DNA of 60,076 nucleotides, counting the filler, from Sphacelaria rigidula (Eukaryota): assembly GCA_964200075.2 (NCBI GenBank). It is 5 parts of 5 records of this genome, joined end to end, with 100 filler letters (N's around TTAATTAATTAA, not from the genome) between each part and the next. Parts side by side here need not be neighbours in the genome. Positions count along the whole stretch, not along the records: positions 12,038 to 23,972 come from CAXNAA020004316.1; 4 more parts are not named here. One strand, written 5' to 3'. A program made the translations under genes and the position numbers. How positions within the stretch are numbered: the first letter of the stretch is position 1; every line of letters begins with the position of its first letter. A model generated the notes under the pieces. The model worked only from the letters and a program-made list of their open reading frames with translations, did not search any database and was not told the origin of the DNA. Below, one piece after another: positions 12,462-24,072 of this stretch.

Positions 12462-13482
12462 TCAAAGCGGTGCGTTGACGTCGTGTGTGCGATCGATGTT
12501 ATGTTGAATTCCACGACGGAGGCCTTTGGACTTGTGTTGCTGAAGACACCAAGATCCTCGTGGTGCGGATGGACTGGTGGTGAAGAGCTCTGGGCGGAGC
12601 TTGAGCTGCACGGGTCCGGGGTCATCGATGAAGCGCACGATGTATGTGTCAGGCGCGATGAGGTCTGTGGAGTGGGTCTGGCCTAGCCACCAGAGGTTGT
12701 CGCTTTCTTTGTACCACAAATAAGCGCCTTTGTGGAGGACTTCCTGTTTCGCGCGAGTCTTTTCTTCCCAATGTTTGTTGGCTACTAATTCGTAGCCGTC
12801 AGCGACAAAGCGTAAACCTTTGTCACAGTATAGTTCGCGTGCTGCTGCGCCGCGGCGCATGTTGCGATATTTTTTGTTGTTAGCAAGATGTTGCTGCTGA
12901 GGTTGCGTCCAGTACAGAAGAATAACTCGGCGGTGCAGCTGAAGGTCGGATATGTTCCAAAGACACTCTCCGAAGGCCTTGCCAGTGAGTTTTGTACATG
13001 ACAGCAATCTTACCGCCTCGACCACGAGTGATCTGATGGCCAGAAATTTGGGACACGGCGAAACGAAGGGGTTGTTCCGTCACATCGTCCGTAGTAACGT
13101 GATAAGGCGGTGATTTGATCGAATAACTGTTAAGTACGTACTGCGTAAGACCGGCGGGCAGATATTTGGGCATATTATCTCTAGTGCCATGCGGATTAAT
13201 GCAAGGTTTACAACGGTGCACAGAGACGCGAGATTTGGCGTCATGTCCTCGAAGATCGCGAGGAAGATCAAGACAAAGAAGTTTGTCACCGACAGGTTTG
13301 TCATCAGGTGAAGATGGCGAGGGTCCTACGGTCAGAATCTTGAATGGTCCTGTCCAGTTGAGGGATAGCTTAGTCTTCAAGACCGTCTCGTTGGCAGCTC
13401 TGTCAGCGCCTCGACGAATGGTTGAAAAATTGTTGTAAACCCAGACCCGATCGCCAACCTTCCAAGTAGGTCGTTTGTGCAT
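12462..13482 (-). pseudogene. Integrase C-terminal region: GPY/F motif, chromodomain-like segment and Tudor/SH3-like extension (frameshifted)
   Basis: WKVGDRVWVY...KLSLNWTGPFKIL (GPY/F). QISGHQITRGRGGKIAVMYKTHWQGL is chromo-like. It is followed by YLWYKESDNLWWLGQ...YIVRFIDDPGP...SWCLQQH. Confidence 0.75.
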
Positions 13483-14700
13483 CAGATTGTAAAGAGCATT
13501 ATTAGATCATTCAAGACGCGAAGCGTTGATAGCGTGTTGTTCACGCACGAGAGTAAAAGCTTTGCGTTGGCGTCCACGCGCCAGGTCATGGTAGGATATC
13601 TGATCCTGATCCAAGCCTTGGTGGCCGTCGAAGGTGTGTCTCTCAAACACGGTGATGGGCAAACGCGGGTAGTGGTCGAGATGTAACTCGTTCGGAGAAA
13701 GACCGGTAGCAGCGTTGACGGAGTTGTTACAAGACAACATGACATGTGAGAGATGAAGGTCCCAATCGTTTTGTCGATCGTTGACTACCATAGACAGCAT
13801 CTGGGCCATGGTGTGGTTGACTCTTTCAGTACAACCGTTACCATTAGGGTGGTAAGCGCTTGTGGCTATCTTGCGAATGCCCAGGAGCGTATACAGTTCG
13901 TCCGAGAGATCAGAGCAAAATTACTGACCGTTGTCGGAGAGAAGCCGTTTCGGGCAACCATAGTGCTTGATGTAGTCATGAACTAAGATGTTAGCTGTGC
14001 CCGCTGCTGTGAAGTCTCCAGCGGTGACTGCGTGCATGGCTGCGTGACGGCTGAAACGGTCGGTAAAGAGTAAGATGTAGGTGTTGCCACGGTCGGTGGG
14101 CGGTAAAGGACCGAAATAGTCGAAAGACACGAGGTGACCAGGAGCGTTGGGAAGTGCCATCGAAATAACTGGCCAACGTATAGTCTGCCGTGAGATTTTG
14201 CGAGCTTGACACTTGAAGCAGCGCCGAATCCAGAAGCGGGCGGACACTTCCATACCTATCCACCAGTAGAAACGTTCTAGTAAAGCTAATGTGCGCGTGA
14301 CACCAAGGTGGCAAGACAGGTCAGGGTGGCAGCCTTTCATTACCCACGGTCGCATCAAAAATGGGACATATATCCGAGTGGGTTCATCGTCGAGTAGGCG
14401 TGCAAGGCGTCCAATGGTTGCGGGTGAAGTTACACCCTGCTGGGGCGTAGGACGGCGGACAAGCAATTCGATTCCGTCATTAATTGTGAAGATAGTAGCT
14501 TTACGTGCGAGTTCGTACGCCTTAGCGGCGTTTGGTGGTAGCAGTGTGCCAATCGGGGCCAACAAATTGGCCGGGATAGGAGCAGGGCAGCCAGCACGGA
14601 GGTACCGCATGGTTGCGCGGCGTAATGGTTCTGCTTGTTGTTCACGAGCCCAATCACGATGGGAGTAACTGGCGAGAAATTCGCGCAGTTGGCCTTCCGC
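13483..14700 (-). pseudogene. Integrase zinc-binding and catalytic core (frameshifted)
   Basis: HPDLSCHLG...FYWW...CFKC (HHCC), VSFDYFGP, LFTDRFSR, PKRLLSDNG, then YHPNGNGCTERVNH and QNDWDLHL in the next frames. Confidence 0.93.
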
Positions 14701-15289
14701 CGGGGAGCCGACCAGACATGGTGGCTCAGGGAGCGGTGGAACAGGCGACGGAGGGGAGGTGCCAACGTCGATGTGAACATCGGGAGCATCAGAAGGGGTG
14801 GGCACTGACGGGACCGCGGCGGGCGGCCATGTCGCAGTAGTGCGCGCCAGAGATCGCGCTGGGCGCTTGTCGTGAGAAGTGCGCGTGGCGGGGGTTGTCA
14901 AGGCGCGTGGTGCGGTGTTGCGGGGAGCCGGCGCAACGCTGCATGCAGGAGCAGTAGGTGTTGTCAGTGGCGGTGGAGCGCGAGGAGGGTTGGCGCGGGC
15001 GGCACACCGAGAGCGCGTGTTGTCGGAAATGAGATGGATATCTGGAGGTGGCGAAACTGTAATATTTGCGCGAGGACCGATAGTACGGAAATCGGCGAAA
15101 TCGGCGTCGGTAGGTTGTAGCCCATTCAAGTCTGCATCATACGGTAGGGGTCGGGGGCCGCCCATGTGCATACATGTCTCTGGGCAATGAAGGTCAAGGG
15201 CGTAAATGGGCGTTGAGAAACGCCGGATTGGATACCCGCCGGGTTCATCGGGTTCAGTTAGTCGACAAGCGAGGCTGAAATCCACAGCC

Positions 15290-15919
15290 TTTGGAGGAAG
15301 GGGCAAGCGGGAGAGAAGGTCAGCATTCCCATTGGTTTTGCCAGGGCGATGTTTGACAGTATACTGATAAGCTGTCAGGAACTCCAACCAGCGTTGCACA
15401 CGCGGGTTATGTTCGCCAACTTTGGCGAGTTGTTCGAGGGCTCCGTGATCCGTGTAGATTTGGAAAGGCACATGGGCCAAATATTGTCGAAGGCGTTTTT
15501 TGGCCCAAGTGATGACTCCGCCTTCCAGCTCCAGTGGACTCCAGTTGGCCTCGTTTGGAAGGGTGGCGCGACTGATATAGAGGATGAGTCGACTAGAGCC
15601 ATCGAGTTGAGGCTGATTCAGGACCGCGCCGAGGCTGTCGGTGCTTGCGTATGTATTCTAGTTGAAAGGGGCGAGAGCCGTCTTGTACGGCATCCCAGTC
15701 CGGGAAACAAAGGACCGTTTTTTCGGTGAGCGTTTTCTGCAAGTCGCGCACGATAGCTTCCATATCTTTGGTGAAGACAAACGCGGCGCCTTTTTTGAGC
15801 AAGTCCCTAATGGGGCGAATCCGTTTGGACAGGTTAGGCAAAACTTTTCGATAGTCGGACAGTCCTCCCAACAATGAGCGGAGCTGAGTAATGGTCGTAG
15901 GCATCGGCAATTCAGTCAT
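15290..15919 (-). pseudogene. RT connection and RNase H-like region (frameshifted)
   Basis: QLRSLLGGLSDYRK...LCFPDW...RPFQL, then IYTDHGAL...RVQRWLEFL...KHRPGKTNGNADLLSR. Confidence 0.9.
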
Positions 15920-15986
15920 TGCTCTGACTTTGTTGGTTTCGGGGTGTAGACCCGCCGGTGAAATTGAGTGTCCCAGAAAATCCAGC

Positions 15987-16700
15987 TCAGTCGCGCCAAG
16001 GCGAGGTTTTGGATGGAGACAGTTTCAAATCGTGCTTCCGCAGGCGAGAAAGAAACTCTCGTAACGTGCGCACATGCGCAAGAGGGGAGGCATCGAATGC
16101 GATAGCGTCGTCCAAGTACATGATGACGTGTTCGAGATTCTCTGTAACGCGTTGCATCAAGCGTTGAAAACAACCTGGTGCAGCGGCAGCACCTTGTGGC
16201 ATACGGAGCAATTCGTAGAGCCCAGAACAGAACGATGTCAGTGGGACCGTATCAGGGTGGATGGCATTCTGGAAAAATCCAGAAGCGAGGTCGAAGGTAC
16301 TGAATATTTTTCCTTCGCCTAGAGAGTCGAAGACTTCTTCTATGCGAGGAAGGGGAAGTTTTCCCACTACAGTGACGCGGTTTAGCCGTTGATAGTTCAC
16401 GGTGATGCATATGTTTCTATCCCTTTTGGGGACCACCACTAGCGGTGAGGCCCACGGAGAAGAGGAGTGTTGGATTAATCCGGCACCTAAGTACGCATCT
16501 GAAATGACGTTAACGTTTTTGGTAAGGAAGGGGTTCGTCCGATACGGCCGAGAAGAGATTGGCGAAACGCCACGTTGAAGGGTAATTTCAAAGGGCAGCG
16601 TTTTGCAATGCCCTAGATCCGTTTTGGATCGAGAAACTCTGTGTTGGTACTCCAGTAAAACATCGCTCAATTCTTTGATTACAGCGGGTTTCCAACCGGG
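15987..16700 (-). pseudogene. Reverse transcriptase (Ty3/Gypsy type)
   Basis: SSSPWASPLVVVPK, NYQRLN, PLPRIEE, FSTFDLASGFFQ, RMPQG and the catalytic YLDD at 16107-16118. Confidence 0.95.
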
Positions 16701-17199
16701 TCCATGTAGGTCAAAGTTGATGTCACGTAAATGGGATGGAAGTTGATCCCACATGTGCAAGGAACTTGTCCGAGATTCGGGCGATAGGCGTTGCAGCACT
16801 TCAGCAGGAGGGTCGGACGTTGACGGTGCAGGGTCCACGGTGTGGATGCGTGATGGAGACGAAGAGGTTACGTCGAAGTAAGGCTCATCGACGAAATTGA
16901 CAGAACCGTCTGTCGGAGGCGCCGAGTTTGGCGTAGAGGGTTCAGTGGCACATGTCTCAAGTGGGATGTGCATGAGGGGAGCAGCAGCAGTACCCAAAAT
17001 ATCTCCGGGTTCCCAAGTTAGCGTGACCCGTGAGTGGCAAAAGTTGTTTCCCTGCGGAGACAAAGTGTTCTGTGCCGGCAGGCGCACCAACTCGAGGAAG
17101 CATTTCAGCGAGGTAATGTCCCGTGAGGGCAGGCATGCCATTTCGGCGAAATAAGGCAACTTCTAGCAGTTGAGGATCCTCGGAGAGGGTACCATCAGC

Positions 17200-17700
17200 A
17201 GTACCATCGTATCGGAGGTGGTGAGCAGCTCCGGTAGCTTATTATTTTTGTTTTAGGCCAAGGCGCCGTGAAGAGTACCAAAATGTTCAAGGCTGAGTTC
17301 TCCCCAAGGCGCAGACTGTGGCGATATTGGTGGTAGTGTGCGGTAGGTGCGTTGATCAAACCGCATGCAACTATCTCAGCCAATGAGTAAGGCGTGAGCC
17401 ATGGTGCTGTCGAGGACAACATATGCCCAGACTGCAAGGCTGGCAGGACGAGTTGTGTTGTGAAAGAATTGCGCACTGAGACGGACTGATATTCGTGTGG
17501 TCAAAGGTGCGGTGGAGTCACCAAAACCGCCCCATACTCGAGGTTTGGGGGTGATTCCGCAAGCTGCTGAAGCAGCGCCAATCTGTTTCATATGTTCCCA
17601 CATTGATTCACTAATGTGGGCTGCCGCTGTCTAACAAAGAGACGCATTTGGCCGTCGTGGTTGCGTATGGTCCGCAATGGAGCGCTACGCGAGCAGTAAA
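17200..17700 (-). pseudogene. Retroviral-type aspartic protease (disrupted)
   Basis: Manual translation gives AKCVSLLDSGSPH* near 17615-17650, followed by WGGFG...AVWAYVV...HALLIG segments. Confidence 0.8.
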
Positions 17701-17999
17701 AGTGGTAGGGTCAACAGACATTTTACCGCCAACAAGATCCGGACCGTGTTCAGCCAGTGTAAATTGATCGGAATCAGTAGTGTTGACGGCGAAAACGGAG
17801 GGCGGGTGATCCGCCGGGGAGTCAACGTTCTCACCAGAAAGTTGGGTGGATGATGTGTAGTCCCCAGAGTGAGCACAGCGCGGCTGGTCATTAGCAATTT
17901 CATATATGACCGTGTTGGGAAGGCAGGGATCAACTTCTGAAGTAGACCCGTCTTGTTCAGTGTAGTCCGCAGGAGAGGTAGAAATGTCCGAAATATATT

Positions 18000-20900
18000 A
18001 TTTGGATTCTTCTAGGACACTTGATAAATTCATCGAGCTCAAAGTCGTCGAATTTTGGAGAGAGTGAGGTGTACGTGTTGCTGCGCGCGCTTCAGTGGGG
18101 GCATGTTCACGGGGCTTCCTCTCTTGCCGTGACAAAGGGCGGGGAACTTCCAAAGTGTTTGAGGAAAACCCAACTGCGTCCAGTTGCGTGGATGGGGTCA
18201 GCATCGGGGCATGCTCGGGCGAAGCTTGTGGACTGTCCGCTGACAAGCTTGGCTGCAGAGTCATAGCCGAAGGTATAGTAGGATGGTTTGTGTGGGAACC
18301 ATTCAGGGGTAGCTTCGTATGGTGCAATGAACGCGAAGAATGAACTCGTTGGACCTGGGTGGGTGTTAGCTGGTCCAAAGCGGTCCAATTCTGACCAGCG
18401 ACACTTGAACCAGTCGAATGAATTACACTACTGCATGTGCGTGCGGTCGCTGAGGGAAGCCTGTGCCTCAGAGACGGGCGGTTGGTGTTCCCACACCTCA
18501 GACTTACGCTCAGTTCCGGAGGACCAAGTCCAGAGCCAAGGGTAGGGCTAAGTTATGAGTCAACGCAACTGTTACGCTGTGTACGAAGACGTGAAGACGG
18601 GTTCGATGTGAGCGGCCGTCATTAGAACTTGTGCAAAGTGCCGGGGAGGTTGAGCGAGAAAGTTGGGTCACGCGTTCCGCGGCTGGTGTTGAAGTAGTCT
18701 TCGTGTGTGCTGTCGGCGGCGCCGAAGATGTAAAGACGCCGGCGTCGGCATGTCATGGATCGGTACGCTCAGTCATGAAGGAACCAGGGCTTCTGGCGTT
18801 GGGGTTCGAGTGATTGTGATTCGGCCCCGTGCGCTGGTGTCGATCGGCGGAATTCCGGTGACGGTGAGAAGAAACCTCTCTTCGCTGAGAGCTAGAGTTA
18901 TCGCAGTTGTTGGGACGACTGTCGCGATTCGAGCGAGTGTTGTCGCGGTTGTTGAAAGGGCGGCGATAATGACGGTTGGGCGTGCGGTACTCACGCATGC
19001 GTTTCTGCCATCGGCGCCATGCTGGCTTATTGTCCTGCAGCTCAGAGTTCATGAGGTCGAAAGAGTTGATGCAAGGGTGAGTACAATCGCGCATACTGTG
19101 CCCCTGGGTTAGTTGATGCAACTATGAGCGTGGCAGCTGAAGGCCTCGTGTCTTGCAGCAGGCGAGAGGAGGGGGTTCCACAGATGTGGGTCATCTGTAG
19201 TAAACGCAGACGTAGACACAGTGTAGACATCATCCCAAGTCTCGGCGGAGTACGGCCATCCGTCAAAACTGGCGCTGAACGGATCTGTATTGTTTGCAAC
19301 ACTCATGACGGAGCCAGCCACGGAGGCGGGCACCCACGAGGGACGAAGCGAAGTGTGAGACCGGTGGCGGGACCCTGAAGGGGTCGAAGAAGGCGCAGAA
19401 GCAGACTGGGAACGAGCTGAAGCATACTTGTCGCCGCGAATGGCCGGCGTCAACTTGTTTTCTTGATGAACAAACGCACTTCTCATCGCATCCACAGAGG
19501 GATAAGGCACTTCGCGGTTGGCTAAAGCATCTGGAAACAGCGACGGCATCAGTGTTGGGAACTGCTCGGAAACACTATTCCTCATATATGATTGACACAT
19601 GGCGTCTGATGGGCCAGTCTGGCGACCTACTCCCATAATACTGGAAACAAGAAGCTTGAATTCTCGGAGGTAGTCCGCGAAGGGGACATCACTTGCGACA
19701 CCAAAAGAACTAAGTCGTTGGATAGCACTCCCTTGAGTGCTGCGATCGAAGTAGCCGGTCAAGCGGTGCTCCAGATCACGGAGTAAATTCGGGCCTGACT
19801 TCCTCGAGGCGCGGTCCGCATCCATAGCGGCCATGAAACCATCAAGGACTTGTATCAAAGCAGCAGCAGTGTCGGGCGAGCGGCGGTTGATGGCGCGGTG
19901 CAGAGATTTGTGGAGAGGAGTCTGCCAACCATCAACCCAGTTGGAATTTTCGAAGCGTTGAGCACCCGTAGAGTCTGGTAGCTGAAGAATGTTTCGAAGA
20001 GTGCGGCGTATAGAGGTGATGAGAGCAGAAGTAAATTCCCCGAGTCTTCGTTGTCTGCTGCAGGCATGGATTTCACATGCCAAAGGTTTTTCACGTCCAT
20101 TTTGATGTATCTCTCTGGATGGCGGCGGTGCGAGCGGATTCCGCTCGAGCGGCGGTTACTGCTGCACGAGCAGCGGCTTGCTCTCGCTCGGCGGCAGCGG
20201 CAGTCAGAGTGCGAGCCGAAGTGGAAGATATCGGTTTATCCGAGTTGTCGTCCGAAAGGCCTAAGATCTGGCGCGAAACATTTGCTAAACGCGGTGTAAC
20301 GCGACTTAGGGCGGCAGAAGTCGACGCAGGCGAGTTTTTGGCAGACCGAACCCTAGGCTTGGTAGAAGAAGGTCGACGAGCCGCTACTCTGGTGTGTCTT
20401 GGTCAAACCGGTGGTGGGGCGGTTCACACGGGGTGGTGGGGTCCTCCCAGAAGAGGAGCTAAATGCTCCGTGATGGTTGTGAGAATCACCGCGGCGATTG
20501 CGCTCAGGGTCGGCAACATCATGTCTGTGGCGTCGGCGGCGAGAAGTCACCAGGGCCCAGCCGTCATCAACGTGGGCTGTGGCGGATTTGGAGGCGGCGC
20601 GCAACGCGTCGAAGAGCTCCACAATGGACAGTTCGTAGGAGGTGTGGGTTTGTTCGATGTGGCGGACTAACTGGCCAACGGTGATCGAAAGGGGACCATC
20701 GGAAGGACAGAACTCGTCATAATCCAAGTAGGAAACTACGGCGCTTTGAAGCGGTCGAGCGAGCGCTAGCCAAGAGTCGCGAGAGCTTTGCAAAGGATTC
20801 GAGGGGGTGTACTTGCCCGCAGGAGTCTGCACAGAAAGCGTGAACCAAGGGATACCATCGCAGTGGATGGAGAAGCGGCGCGGTTTGGCACTGGTGTCGG

Positions 20901-22679
20901 GGCGGGCGGTCGACGTAGGGGGAGGTGGGGATGGCGTGCGGTGGGAGCGAGGAGCGGCTACGGCGTGAGAGGCGCGTGAGCGCCCTCCCTCTAGTTCACG
21001 GGGAGGAGCATGATACTCCTCGGTGGAGATGTAGACGCCGCTGCATCCGTGTTGCGTTGCCGATTGACAAAATCATTCATCATGGCTGGCACGTAGTCAG
21101 CATACCCACGGATGACCTGTTCCTGGGCAGTGCGGCCATGGTCCATGAAAATATGCGGAAGCAGCCCGAATGGACAGTCTCCGGACCCAACTGTGGGCGG
21201 TCCTGCTGCGACGAAGGCGCAGGGTTGGACGGCGCGGCAGTAGATGCGGGAGGGTTGAGGCGGGTGCGAGTGCACGAGGGGCTCCGGAGCCAGTATGGTT
21301 CCCGCTATCGGCGTCAGTGTCGGCGACAGTGGCGGCAGCGGCAGCTGGGGCCGGGGCAGCAAAAGCTGTGGGTTTGGGGGGCGCAGTGGGGGGCGGGGAT
21401 GCGGGGTTGTTCACAAGTGTTTGTACTGCGCGCTGTAAATCGGCAAGTTATCGCCGCAAGAACGGATGACTGCCGCATCAGAGCGGGAAGAGCTATCGTG
21501 TGTGGGTCGAGCACAGCGACCTCGATGGCGTGAGTCATGGGGCGGTTGGTCGCTGGAGTGCGCAATCGACGATTCCTCCGCAGAAGGAAGATCTAAAATC
21601 ATGTCCCTTCTGGCGTCGGCGTGCACTGTAACATCGTTGCGTGGGGAGCACCGACGTGAAGAAACCCTTGAGGCAGTAGAAATACGGGAGGAACGAGAGG
21701 TATGTCTCGAATGGTCGTCACGCGCGGTCATCCGTCGAGCGGGGGTGGTTATGTTGTGCCGGGGGGAAGGCGGGCGTGGCGGTGTGGGTGAAAGCCGAGA
21801 TTCGGTGGGGGTGGGCGAGGTTTGGTGGCGCTGGGCACTGTGGGCTGCTTGCATGTCGGCGAAAGCCGAAGGAGAGCGGAGCAAGGTATTGCATAGAACT
21901 TGCAGTGCTGTGGCGATGCTAAGGTCTGGCCCAGGGGCTGCTTCCCGATTGATGCCAGAAGCAGCCGCTGGGGCCGAAGACGGGTGTCCTGAGTTGGGCA
22001 AAGCAGAAGTCAAAACATTTGTCAACAAATCATGATCAGCCGGGGCACGAAAAGTAGCGGCGGATGATGACAAACTGTGTGCCGGTAGGGCAGCGCGGGC
22101 AGTAGTGCCAGCAGTCGGGGGTCCGGACGTGGGTGCCACCTGCACGACGGAACGGTCTTGGACTGAAGCTTGTACTACGATATCCGCGCTGGCAGTAGAG
22201 TCGGAGGGTGGGGTAGAGACCACGGGTGCCACCAGCGTGGTTGGGGGTTGGGTAGGGGCCACGGGTAACACCAGCGTGGTTGAGGGGTGGGACACGGAAT
22301 GTGTCAAGGTGGGCCCAGTGTCGACGGGTGCGTCCGATGGGGTGTGTGCTACGACGGGTGCTACCGGCGTTGTGAAGGGTTGGGACACAGAGCGTGTCTG
22401 TGAGGAGTAATCATGAGTGGGATGATGACGGAGGGTCGGAAGGGTACGAGAATCCGAGCAATAATCGGAATCGAAGCTGGGAGGGGGCGATGAGAACTGC
22501 ACGGTTTGGTTCTCAAAACCGATGGATCGAGCAGCGCTCGAGGCTGGTTTCCGTAAGGCTAAAGAAAAATCAGCATTGGGTCTGGAAAAACTAGAAGATC
22601 CCTTAGTTTGGCTCCGCGTACGACGGGGCGGCTTAGCTCCCGTGTTGGGAGAAGAAGCAATGGTGATACGTTGCGACAT
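18000..22679 (-). pseudogene. Very long gag/ORF1: S/P/T/A-rich N-terminus, helical capsid-like core, CCHC knuckle, R/N-rich tail
   Basis: ORF pieces 22679-21411, 21362-20991, 20832-20353, 20083-19109 and 19121-18753. The knuckle SCIN*..QGHSMRDC is disrupted by a short deletion. Clear homology to 25030-30664. Confidence 0.8.
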
Positions 22680-22751
22680 AGGTGAAGCGTATACAGCGTC
22701 TACAGAGCGATACGTTCAGAGAACCAGAGCAAGAAGCGAATGCCAATACGT

Positions 22752-22830
22752 GATTTTATTTTATTTATTTGATTTGATTTTGTTTAGTTGCTAATTTGAT
22801 TTGATTTGACTTGATTTGATTTGATTTTAT
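22752..22830. repeat. (TTTGA)n / (TTTTA)n low-complexity tract in the element's 5' leader
   Basis: Repeated ATTTG and ATTTT pentamers. Confidence 0.85.
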
Positions 22831-22871
22831 TCTTGTTTCTATTTTTTGGATCACGAATGTGCGAGAGGGTA

Positions 22872-23197
22872 TGTTATAGCCACAACACAAGGGCAGAAGA
22901 CCATTAAAGGCAATCACTGAATGTCTGATTGAAACGCAAGTTGAAACCGGAAAGTTGTATAAAATCGGAAAAGCAGCCTGTAATAGTGCAGCCTAGGTGG
23001 GTGCGGGACAATTAAAAATGGTCCAGCGGAACACCCCGCACAAGGGGAGGCAGTGGACAAAGTTGAACTACCAGAGTCAAAATTGTACGTGATTGACCAC
23101 GATCGCCGAGTTTCAACGCCGCACGCTACGGAATCAGCGGCAAGTAACAATAACAATTCGGCAGATACTAAGTGCAGCTGTGCACCGCCCCAAAACA
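22872..23197 (-). repeat. Candidate 5' LTR (326 bp)
   Basis: Bounded by TGTT...AACA just upstream of ORF1. Its start (TGTTTTGGG) resembles the few bases after the PPT at the other contig end. No second full copy is available to confirm. Confidence 0.4.
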
Positions 23198-23875
23198 AGG
23201 AGAAATACGTGTGGGCACATGGGATGGGGAAAGTGGAGCAAATTCGGGGATATCTGCCGAAAACAAGGTATATCTGTAAAACAGAATGGGGCAGATAGGT
23301 TTCTGGTACCGAGAAAAAGCAACAGAGTACAGGTTCACAGTCGGTTGGTCAATACAGGAAAATTGCGCGGCCAAAGAAAAGGTCGCAGAGGAGACAGTGC
23401 AAACGCACTAGAAGTAGCGCGTCGAGGAGCGCGTGCAAAACGCGATTCAAGCGAAAGTGTACTGCTGAAAATCGCTGCACGAAACGAACGGCAGAGAATG
23501 CTCCGTTGGGGCAACTGTGTGTGCACGTGTACGGTACCGTGGGCTACTGAAAAAAGCAATCAAGCGAATGAAAAGCAAATGACTCACAAAACAAAATGCT
23601 AAACAAAGCTACAGCAAGGGGGGGAAAACAGCAACTGGAGGGCAGTACAGACAGTAGATAAGCAGACAACTGCTCTACTCTGGAAAGGGAAACCAAGCTA
23701 GCAAGCAGATACTCCAAGTCGAACGTCAATTATTTTAGTGTTAGGCTATCGTCGACGCCAATTAAGAGGGGATTCTATAAAATGAGGTTGATCAATGAAA
23801 TGACGTCTGAGGAGGCGAGGCAGTATGCGACAAAAACCCAAGGGAAGTACCGTCCGCAAGTGCCTTCGATCGATA

Positions 23876-23972
23876 CCGGGGGGGGGGAAGGGAGGCGTAC
23901 GCATTTGTTGCTTGCCTTAGTCGTTTGACTATTGACCTTTCGAGACGGGGCGTGGTCAATGGTCAAACGACT
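23876..23972. repeat. Palindromic interspersed repeat (MITE-like), cut by the contig end
   Basis: AGTCGTTTGACTATTGACC (23919-23937) and GGTCAATGGTCAAACGACT (23954-23972) are 18/19 reverse-complementary; related to 12-72. Confidence 0.75.
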
Positions 23973-24072
23973 NNNNNNNNNNNNNNNNNNNNNNNNNNNN
24001 NNNNNNNNNNNNNNNNTTAATTAATTAANNNNNNNNNNNNNNNNNNNNNNNNNNNNNNNNNNNNNNNNNNNN
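23973..24072. other. Artificial contig spacer
   Basis: Same N44-TTAATTAATTAA-N44 structure, 11935 bp after the previous spacer. Confidence 0.97.

Larger units (their letters stand above)
12046..23197 (-). mobile_element. Ty3/Gypsy LTR retrotransposon, near full length, inactivated by frameshifts and stops; 3' LTR lost at the contig end
   Basis: Minus-strand domain order gag(CCHC)-protease-RT-RNaseH-integrase is diagnostic of Ty3/Gypsy. A G12 polypurine tract lies at 12046-12057 and a candidate 5' LTR at 22872-23197. Confidence 0.95.

Noticed and set aside
20077..22410. Long plus-strand ORFs antisense to gag (e.g. 20077-20670, 20925-21533, 21466-22035)
   Set aside because: These are expected shadows of a GC-rich coding strand, with no recognisable motifs.
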